DNA of 64,000 bases from positions 9,742-73,741 of the forward strand of contig JAGDMF010000008.1 in the NCBI GenBank assembly GCA_017860455.1, given 5' to 3'. The position numbers were made by a program, and so were the translations under genes. Below the pieces are notes generated by a model. It saw nothing but the letters and a program-made list of their open reading frames with translations. It ran no database searches and was not told the origin of the DNA. The first letter of the stretch is position 1. Each line of letters starts with the position of its first letter. This document shows, in pieces, positions 56,786 through 64,000 of this stretch. The DNA comes from Bacteroidota bacterium (lineage in GTDB: Bacteria > Bacteroidota > Bacteroidia > Bacteroidales > WCHB1-69).

Positions 56786-58742
56786 TGAGTTTAGACCAAA
56801 CCCTGATGAAATTTTGAAAAAAATTAATAAAGAAAAAGCAAAAATTCAAAAGGGAAAACTGAAAGTATTTTTCGGTATGTGTGCAGGAGTTGGTAAAACT
56901 TTTGCTATGTTGGAATTTGCTCATTTATTAAAAAATGAAGGGAAAAATGTTGTTATCGGAATCGTTGAAACTCATGGCAGATCGGAAACAGAACAATTAT
57001 TGAATGGTTTGATATGTTATCCTCTTAAAAAAGTAGAATATAAAGGAATCACCTTACAAGAATTGGATTTAGATGGAATTATTGCCTTGAAACCCGATTT
57101 TGTTTTAGTTGATGAATTAGCACATAATAATGCTCCCGGTAGCAGACACCTCAAAAGATATCAGGATATTGTTGAGTTGCTGGAAAATGGAATTAATGTT
57201 TTAACAACTGTCAATGTTCAACACTTAGAAAGCAGAGTGAACACCATTCAGGATATCACGGGTATTAAAATAAACGAAACTATTCCTGATAGTATTATTG
57301 AAAATGCAGATGAGATCGAATTAATTGATATTTCGCCAGATGACCTACTTAAACGATTGTCTGAAGGGAAAGTTTATATTCCACAAAATGCTATTATCGC
57401 AAAAAACAATTTTTTCAAAAAAGGAAATCTACATGCTCTAAGAGAACTTTCATTAAGATTGACAGCTGAAAGAGTTGATATGGATGTTGTAGATTATAAA
57501 AATTCTAATCAAATTACATCTTCATGGAGAACCAAAGATAAACTTATGGTTGCTGTAAATGCGGATATTAATTCAGAAAAATTGATTAGAATTACAAGAA
57601 GAATGGCTTATAGCCTTGATGCAAAATGGTATGCAATCAATATAAGTTCCCAATCTAATTTGAATGAATCAGAAAGAAAATCTTTACAAAACAATCTTGA
57701 ACTTGCCGTTGAATTAGGAGCAAAAATTATTCATATTATTGATGATGACGTTGTTAATGGAATTTTGAGAGCCGCTTATGATTATAATATTACTCAAATT
57801 ATCCTCGGTAAAACAAATGAAAATCCCTTAAAACTGATATTAAAAGGGGGTAGCCTTACTGATAAATTAATTGCAAAACAATCAAATATAGATTTTCATA
57901 TCGTTAACCTTCAAAGAAAAAAAAGAGATAAATCGCTCTTTCAATTACTCCAGGAAAAGAAATTTTCTTATAAAGAGTATTTGATCTCTTTATGTTTTGT
58001 CCTTTTTTTTAGTGGAATCTCTTTTGCATTGAATAGTTTTATCGGATATCAAAGTGTTGGACTGATTTATTTACTCGGGGTAACGATGACATCATTATTC
58101 CTTGGTAGAGGAGCAATACTTTTATCTGCAATTGTGAGCGTTCTTGTTTGGGACTACTTTTTTATTCCACCTCTTTATGAATTTTCAATCCATAGTTTTC
58201 ATGATTATATAACACTATTTACCAATCTTACTGTTGGGATCATTTTAAGTTTTAAAATCTCAACTCTTAGAAAAATTCAGAAGAATTTACAAAGTAATCA
58301 AAAACATATTTCAACTCTCTATTTTTATCTGGACTCTATGAATAAAGCAAATTCAATTAAAGACGTTGCATATAAGTCTGCATTTGTTTTTAAAAAATAT
58401 TTTGAAATTGATTGTATCTTTTATTTGAAAGATAAAATTCAAGATAGTTTAGATAAAAGAGTTTTTGGAAATCAACTGTTATTTGATGAAAAAGAATTTG
58501 CCATAGCATCTTGGACTTTTTTAAATAAACAAAAATCAGGCAGGTTCTCTAAAACTTTACCTAATGCAAATCTACAGTATTATCCTTTAACAATACAAGG
58601 TCAAACAATTGGTGTAGCAGGATTGAAATATTTAAAAAATATCAAACCCGATCACGAAACAACGATATTAATTGATTCTTTAATGAATCAATTAGCCAAT
58701 ACTCTTTTGAGAGAAATCAATATTGATAAAGACAAAAAATAA
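56769..58742 (+). CDS. kdpD: KdpD N-terminal sensor protein (KdpD-N + Usp + DUF4118 membrane + GAF-like), lacking a kinase core
   Basis: GKLKVFFGMCAGVGKT and DELAH.N motifs, with the membrane motif WDYFFIPP. No H-box or ATPase region is present. The ATG at 56769 is preferred over the TTG at 56763. Confidence 0.85.
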   Translation: MKNQNDEFRPNPDEILKKINKEKAKIQKGKLKVFFGMCAGVGKTFAMLEFAHLLKNEGKNVVIGIVETHGRSETEQLLNGLICYPLKKVEYKGITLQELDLDGIIALKPDFVLVDELAHNNAPGSRHLKRYQDIVELLENGINVLTTVNVQHLESRVNTIQDITGIKINETIPDSIIENADEIELIDISPDDLLKRLSEGKVYIPQNAIIAKNNFFKKGNLHALRELSLRLTAERVDMDVVDYKNSNQITSSWRTKDKLMVAVNADINSEKLIRITRRMAYSLDAKWYAINISSQSNLNESERKSLQNNLELAVELGAKIIHIIDDDVVNGILRAAYDYNITQIILGKTNENPLKLILKGGSLTDKLIAKQSNIDFHIVNLQRKKRDKSLFQLLQEKKFSYKEYLISLCFVLFFSGISFALNSFIGYQSVGLIYLLGVTMTSLFLGRGAILLSAIVSVLVWDYFFIPPLYEFSIHSFHDYITLFTNLTVGIILSFKISTLRKIQKNLQSNQKHISTLYFYLDSMNKANSIKDVAYKSAFVFKKYFEIDCIFYLKDKIQDSLDKRVFGNQLLFDEKEFAIASWTFLNKQKSGRFSKTLPNANLQYYPLTIQGQTIGVAGLKYLKNIKPDHETTILIDSLMNQLANTLLREINIDKDKK

Positions 58743-58750
58743 AAAATGTT

Positions 58751-58933
58751 ATGGAAAAACAAATCAGTGAATTAATCCAAAAACTGGAAAACAACAAAAA
58801 GTTGGTTGAGAATATTATCATCGAAGAACCGATAAAAGAAGATAATTACAGTTTGTTGCTACATTCGGGTAAAATTATTGCCTTTGACTATTGTATTACC
58901 GAATTAAAGAAAATATTAGATAGGAAAAAATAA
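58751..58933 (+). CDS. Small hypothetical protein
   Basis: A 60-aa ORF between the kdpD-N gene and the second regulator, with coding-like composition only. Confidence 0.3.
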   Translation: MEKQISELIQKLENNKKLVENIIIEEPIKEDNYSLLLHSGKIIAFDYCITELKKILDRKK

Positions 58934-58992
58934 CTCATATTTGATCGGATCATCTAAATATTATATTAAGTAATGATTCACAATTAAGGGAT

Positions 58993-59679
58993 ATGGAAAA
59001 ACAAAATATTTTGATAGTTGACGATGAAGAGATTATTCGTAAAGTTTTGGGAATATGTTTAAAAGGGAATAATTATAATGTTATAACAGCTGCAAATGCT
59101 AAAGAAGCTAAATCGATAGCATTGCTTTATCCCCCGGAATTAATTATTCTTGATCTGGGTTTGCCGGATGATGATGGACAAAACCTGTTGATTGAATTGA
59201 AAAAATGGTTTTTAGGTGCGGTAATCATTTTATCTGTTAAAAATAATGAGGAAGAAATCATAAAAGCTATTGATAACGGAGCTTGCGATTATATTACAAA
59301 ACCTTTTAGAACCGGTGAATTATTAGCCAGAATCAGAACAGCTTTAAAAAGTGATTTTAAAGAGAATAATCTTCCCAAATTGAAATTTAATAATTTAGAA
59401 ATCGATATCGAAAACCATTTTGTATCTCTTTCAGGTAAACGAGTTAAATTAACCGCAACCGAATTTGAATTATTATCTTTATTAGCCAGAAATGAAGGGA
59501 GAGTTTTGACACATCAATTTATCTTAAAACAGATATGGGGCGTTAATTATTCTAATCAATTACAATATTTAAGAGTATATATAGGTTTCCTCAGAAGAAA
59601 AATTGAAACAGATCAATTTCATCCCCAATTCATAGTTACTGAACCTGGAATAGGTTATCGATTTAATCCAATTACGTAA
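58993..59679 (+). CDS. OmpR-family response regulator, KdpE-like (copy 2)
   Basis: Roughly half of its residues are identical by eye to 50454-51131, including LIILDLGLPD, GELLARIR and QYLRVYI..LR.KIE. Confidence 0.85.
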   Translation: MEKQNILIVDDEEIIRKVLGICLKGNNYNVITAANAKEAKSIALLYPPELIILDLGLPDDDGQNLLIELKKWFLGAVIILSVKNNEEEIIKAIDNGACDYITKPFRTGELLARIRTALKSDFKENNLPKLKFNNLEIDIENHFVSLSGKRVKLTATEFELLSLLARNEGRVLTHQFILKQIWGVNYSNQLQYLRVYIGFLRRKIETDQFHPQFIVTEPGIGYRFNPIT

Positions 59680-59774
59680 CAAGTATCGTTTTTTGAATTT
59701 AATTTGAATATATCATTTTTTATAAACATTGTAAAACTTCTTTTTTTCGTACTTTTGCAAAAATTGATAGCTTT

Positions 59775-60773
59775 ATGGTTTTTGATGACCCTTTTCATCC
59801 TTTTACTGATCCTGAGTTTGAAAAACAGGCACTGGCCCTTTTTAAGTACCAATTTGAAAATAATGACGTGTATCATTCATTCTGCACAGGGGTTAAAATT
59901 ACTCCGGATAAAGTAAAATCGATCCATCAAATCCCATTTCTTCCCATCTCATTTTTTAAAACACATGAGGTTAAAACCACCCCATTTATTCCTGAAATAG
60001 TCTTCAGAAGTAGCGGTACTACAGGTTCCGAAACTTCACGACATTTCATTAAATCTCTCTCATTATACCAAAAAGCATATTATTCCTCATTTCAGTTTTT
60101 TTATGGAGATCCATATTCTTACACGTTCTTGGCTCTCTTACCCAATTATTTGGAAAGGGACGATTCTTCCCTGATCTATATGATGACCGACCTGGTTCAA
60201 AATAGCGCTTCTGAGGATAGCGGATTTTATCTGTATAATCATGAGGATTTATACCAAAAGTTGATCAAACTGAAAGAAAATGGTCAAAAAACGATCCTTT
60301 TTGGGGTAACATTTGCTCTATTGGATTTTGTAGAACATTTTTCTATAGATTTTCCTGATTTAATTGTGTTTGAAACGGGTGGCATGAAAGGACGTCGCAA
60401 AGAGATGGTAAAAGAGGAAGTTCATACTATTTTAACTCAAAAACTGGGGGTTCCAAAAATTCATTCAGAATATGGAATGTGTGAATTGCTTTCTCAAGCA
60501 TATAGCTCAGGAGATAATCTTTTTAATACACCTCCGTGGATGAAACTTCTCCTGAGAGATGAAAAAGAACCGATTCCCAGTCTCATTGACTCTTCTTTCA
60601 AATATACAGAACCAACAACTGGAGCTATTCAGGTGATTGATTTTGCAAACCTCTATTCCTGTGCATTTATAGCAACAGAAGATTTGGGACGCAGACATCC
60701 AAACGGGGCAATTGAAATTATCGGACGCCTGGACAGCGCCCGGTTAAGAGGTTGTAATCTAATGGTTATTTGA
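59775..60773 (+). CDS. LuxE/PaaK-like acyl-protein synthetase / acyltransferase family protein
   Basis: SSGTTG adenylate-forming motif and ETGGMKGRR motif. Confidence 0.6.
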   Translation: MVFDDPFHPFTDPEFEKQALALFKYQFENNDVYHSFCTGVKITPDKVKSIHQIPFLPISFFKTHEVKTTPFIPEIVFRSSGTTGSETSRHFIKSLSLYQKAYYSSFQFFYGDPYSYTFLALLPNYLERDDSSLIYMMTDLVQNSASEDSGFYLYNHEDLYQKLIKLKENGQKTILFGVTFALLDFVEHFSIDFPDLIVFETGGMKGRRKEMVKEEVHTILTQKLGVPKIHSEYGMCELLSQAYSSGDNLFNTPPWMKLLLRDEKEPIPSLIDSSFKYTEPTTGAIQVIDFANLYSCAFIATEDLGRRHPNGAIEIIGRLDSARLRGCNLMVI

Positions 60774-62808
60774 CACTACTGCCTGGTTTTACCGGCTTGT
60801 CAGGGTGAATCAAAGAGAGTTTTCCATCTACATTTTCAGCTAACAGTACCATACCATGTGATAATACACCTTTGATCTCTTTAGGGGCTAAGTTAATCAA
60901 CATCAACACTTGCTTTCCAATCAAATCCTCCGTTTCATAATTTTCAGCAATGCCGGAAATAATTGTTCTTGTGTCAACACCGGTATTCACTTTCAACTTC
61001 ATCAACTTTTTGGTTTTAGCCACTTTTTCAGCTTCCAGAACGGTGCAAATCCTCAAATCCATTTTTGCAAATTCATCGTAGCTGATATCCTCCTGAGCAG
61101 GTTCTACCGGTACTTGATTGATCATGTTAGCAGCTTTAGCATCTAACAATTTTTGAACTTGTTGCTGAATCACATCATCCTCAATTTTCTCAAATAAATA
61201 TTCCGGCTGCAGGATCAAATCACCAGCTTTTAATAAATCGATTCTACCCCCTTGATTCCATGGGAAAGAATTCATATTTAACATTTTTCGAAGTTTTTCA
61301 GAGGTAAATGGTAAAAATGGTTCCCCTAAAACAGCTAATGAAGCACATATTTGTAAGGAAATGTGAAGTATTTTCTTAACTTCTTCCGGGTTCTCTTTAA
61401 TTTTTTTCCAGGGTTCTGTATCGGTCAGATATTTATTCCCTAAACGAGCCAGATTCATTAACTCGCCTAATGCTTCTCTAAATCTGTATTTTTCAATGGA
61501 TGAACCTATGATGGTTGGGAATTCTGCAATTCTGATGAGAATCTCTTTCTCTTCAGCTGTAAAATCACCTATCGGAGGGACTACGCCGTTAAAATATTTA
61601 TGAGTTAAAACAACAGTTCTATTAACAAAATTACCATAAATGGCTAGTAACTCATTGTTATTTTTGGATTGGAAATCGTTCCAGGTAAAGTCTGCATCTT
61701 TCGTTTCAGGGGTGATTGAAGTCAATGTGTATCTTAAAACATCTTGTTTTCCTTCAAAATCTCTTAAATATTCATGCAACCAAACCGCCCAGTTTCTGGA
61801 TGTTGAAATTTTATCATTTTCTAAATTCAGAAATTCATTAGCCGGAACATTCTCCGGTAAAATGTAAGATCCTTCCGCTTTTAACATCGCAGGAAATATG
61901 ATGCAATGGAATACAATATTGTCTTTTCCAATAAAATGAACCAGACGGGTATCTTCATCTTTCCACCATTTTTCATAGGATTGATTATGAGCCAAACACC
62001 ACTCTTTAGTCGCAGAAATGTATCCAATAGGAGCATCAAACCATACATAAAGTACTTTTCCTTCAGCACCGTCAACAGGGACTTTCACTCCCCAATCCAA
62101 ATCACGGGTCACAGCACGAGGTTGTAAACCACTTTCAATCCATGATTTACATTGACCGTAAACATTCACTTTCCAATCGTTTTGATGCCCTTTTAAAATC
62201 CACTCTTTTAACCAACCTTCATATTGATCTAAAGGAAGATACCAGTGTTTGGTCTCTTTCAAAATCGGTTCATTGCCACTTAATGTGGATTTAGGATTGA
62301 TCAGATCAGTTGCATTGAGTGTGGTTCCACAAGCTTCACATTGGTCGCCATAAGCTCTTTCATTATGACAATGAGGACATCCACCGGTAATATAGCGGTC
62401 TGCTAAAAATTGCTTAGCTTCCTCGTCATAAAACTGCATGGTTGTTTTTTCAATCAATTTTCCTTCAGATAACAATTTAATGAAAAACTCAGATGCTGTC
62501 TGATGATGAATTTCATTTGAAGTTCTGGAATAGATATCAAAAGTGATTCCTAATTCTTCAAAGGAGTCTTTGATGATATTGTGGAATTTATCAACAACTG
62601 CCTGAGGTGTTGTCTTCTCATTTCTGGCTTTAATAGTGATAGGAACACCATGTTCATCAGACCCACCAATCATCAACACCTCTTCACCCATCATGCGCAT
62701 ATATCTGCAATAAATGTCTGCGGGAATGTAAACTCCGGCTAAATGGCCAATATGTAACGGACCATTAGCGTAAGGTAAAGCTGTGGTAATCAAGTGTCTT
62801 TTTGCCAT
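60766..62808 (-). CDS. metG: Methionine--tRNA ligase with C-terminal tRNA-binding domain
   Basis: [11 protein letters not shown] (HIGH) and KISTSR (KMSKS) motifs, CPHC...C..CG zinc knuckles, and a C-terminal EMAP/Trbp111-like domain. Confidence 0.97.
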   Translation of the reverse strand: MAKRHLITTALPYANGPLHIGHLAGVYIPADIYCRYMRMMGEEVLMIGGSDEHGVPITIKARNEKTTPQAVVDKFHNIIKDSFEELGITFDIYSRTSNEIHHQTASEFFIKLLSEGKLIEKTTMQFYDEEAKQFLADRYITGGCPHCHNERAYGDQCEACGTTLNATDLINPKSTLSGNEPILKETKHWYLPLDQYEGWLKEWILKGHQNDWKVNVYGQCKSWIESGLQPRAVTRDLDWGVKVPVDGAEGKVLYVWFDAPIGYISATKEWCLAHNQSYEKWWKDEDTRLVHFIGKDNIVFHCIIFPAMLKAEGSYILPENVPANEFLNLENDKISTSRNWAVWLHEYLRDFEGKQDVLRYTLTSITPETKDADFTWNDFQSKNNNELLAIYGNFVNRTVVLTHKYFNGVVPPIGDFTAEEKEILIRIAEFPTIIGSSIEKYRFREALGELMNLARLGNKYLTDTEPWKKIKENPEEVKKILHISLQICASLAVLGEPFLPFTSEKLRKMLNMNSFPWNQGGRIDLLKAGDLILQPEYLFEKIEDDVIQQQVQKLLDAKAANMINQVPVEPAQEDISYDEFAKMDLRICTVLEAEKVAKTKKLMKLKVNTGVDTRTIISGIAENYETEDLIGKQVLMLINLAPKEIKGVLSHGMVLLAENVDGKLSLIHPDKPVKPGSSVK

Positions 62809-62862
62809 ACAATTGTGTTTTTAAATTGAGGCGCAAAGATACTGAAAATTTAGAAACCACTA

Positions 62863-63822
62863 TTAAAAATGAAGGTTAAATCCTAATGCAACCGGGATCA
62901 CATCTGCTCCTCTGTTTTGACGGAAGAAAGATATAATACCATATTTTGCGTAAAAAGAGACACTGTTTAACCCAATCTGAAGTTTGGCATCAACAGTAAA
63001 AGGATTAATATTCATATTTTTTCCAATCACTTCATACATTTCCCGATTATCATCAGGATTGTATAAAATTTTTGATCTTCCACTAATCTTAACAGCTGCT
63101 TCTACTCCGGCTTGAACATAGAAACTGGTTGGTCCCTTTTTCTTTTGCCATTCTAATACAACTGGAACATGGAAATACCAAACGGATAAATAACTTTTTG
63201 TGTATTCAATCCCCATTGGAGCACCGGTTTGGATGGTTGTATTACTAATGGGTCTGAATGCAGTGTTTAAATCAGCATTGTATTGGTTATATCTGAATCC
63301 TAAACCTGCCCCAAATAAAATGGCATAGTTTTTAGAGGGTTTGGATAATTTAACATCCTTGCTGAACATGGTCCATCCAATTTCATATGAGGAGAATTTT
63401 AAAACAGCACCAGGAACAGATCCAATTTGTAAATCACGGGAACTTAAATTGGAAAATCCTAAGAAAAATCCGGAAATATGAGCTTCATATTGTTTGCGTC
63501 TTAAGTTTCTTTGGATTCTTTCCGTAAAATCGGGATTTAAAAACCGATCTCCAAAATTGTAATCATAGTCAGGAGACTCAATAGTGTCATTATAAAAAGG
63601 ATCTTCTACATATTCATCAACAATATAAGGAGGAATGGAATCAGTAGATGTTGAATCAGGAGCATTAATTCCTGGTTCCATTTTTTCTACAAAAACAGAA
63701 ACATTTTCATTATCTTGAGTAATTACAATTTTATTTCCATTAAAAATGATCGTAGTATCACTTTGTGAATAGGATACCATTACGATGAAACAACTAATTA
63801 GTAATAGGGTTATTTTTTTCAT
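62863..63822 (-). CDS. Outer-membrane beta-barrel-like hypothetical protein
   Basis: A signal peptide follows the ATG at 63822 (MKKITLLLISCFIVMVSYSQ). The C-terminus is aromatic (..GFNLHF). A -7 box lies inside the longer track ORF. Confidence 0.5.
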   Translation of the reverse strand: MKKITLLLISCFIVMVSYSQSDTTIIFNGNKIVITQDNENVSVFVEKMEPGINAPDSTSTDSIPPYIVDEYVEDPFYNDTIESPDYDYNFGDRFLNPDFTERIQRNLRRKQYEAHISGFFLGFSNLSSRDLQIGSVPGAVLKFSSYEIGWTMFSKDVKLSKPSKNYAILFGAGLGFRYNQYNADLNTAFRPISNTTIQTGAPMGIEYTKSYLSVWYFHVPVVLEWQKKKGPTSFYVQAGVEAAVKISGRSKILYNPDDNREMYEVIGKNMNINPFTVDAKLQIGLNSVSFYAKYGIISFFRQNRGADVIPVALGFNLHF

Positions 63823-63839
63823 AGTATATATTTTTTTGG

Positions 63840-63847
63840 CAAAAATA
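63840..63847 (-). promoter_or_regulatory. -7 box (TATTTTTG on the minus strand)
   Basis: The plus strand reads CAAAAATA, 17 nt upstream of the ATG at 63822. Confidence 0.45.
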
Positions 63848-64000
63848 TAAAAAAAATGGTTTAATGAGATCATAATTCTTCTTGTCTTCATCATATATTC
63901 TGGATGAGTTTACTTACTTTTTTCCTTACTTTTGCAAAACGTAACATCCATCAATGAAAAATTCAAATTTTAATAGATTTCCATCTGTAAAACCATCCAA

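Noticed and set aside
1-64000. Integron integrase, transposase, phage integrase or reverse transcriptase associated with the islands
   Set aside because: No ORF in the six-frame track shows tyrosine/serine recombinase, DDE or RT motifs. The islands therefore lack an in-window mobility enzyme. This is stated as an absence, not as proof for the whole genome.

Overview
AT-rich Bacteroidota chromosome segment. The phylum call rests on T9SS type-A and type-B sorting domains, PorP/SprF, a UpxY-type NusG paralog, TAnnTTTG -7 promoter boxes and a split KdpD. All family calls come from reading motifs by eye; no searches were run.

Backbone genes:
- 1-5.3 kb: a T9SS cargo / PorP-SprF / OmpA operon.
- 15.2-26.9 kb: mnmA, an M20 peptidase, and a minus-strand run of UpxY -> LytS-type kinase -> LytTR regulator -> DUF5916 -> MRJP-like T9SS protein -> beta-barrel receptor.
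- 32.3-38.9 kb: AlkD-like repair protein, BlaI/BlaR1-TonB, TetR, recQ, hldD.
- 39.1-48.4 kb: a cluster of an ASST-like T9SS protein, a CotH T9SS protein, VTC, DUF4956, DUF2490 and a second LytS/LytTR pair.
- 48.4-59.7 kb: kup plus kdpFABC with a split KdpD and two KdpE-like regulators.
- 59.8-63.9 kb: a LuxE-like gene, metG and an outer-membrane protein.

Two accessory islands (about 5.33-15.17 kb and 26.92-32.27 kb) are the unusual part.
1. Island 1 holds a same-strand array of small ORFs separated by imperfect palindromes. These fit the integron attC consensus (RYYYAAC ... GTTRRRY, 99-122 bp, starting just after stop codons). Two copies of a 133-bp promoter-plus-leader unit end in the same GTTAGGTGC core. 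No integrase is present in the window.
2. Almost every accessory gene unit in both islands is bracketed by mosaic blocks of 7-, 8- and 21-nt micro-tandem repeats. The blocks draw on a shared vocabulary (CTGCCGW, TTCATTW, GCTCGAAT, CCAGTCY, CCTTTCG and others), often in a fixed word order, and often end in a conserved TATATTTGCAAA promoter module.

Cargo includes a VbhA/Fic toxin-antitoxin pair, an AbiEi/AbiEii pair, a DUF4143 ATPase, a second-type rsgA, dgkA and orphan secreted proteins. ORF-track entries lying entirely inside the repeat blocks are judged non-coding.
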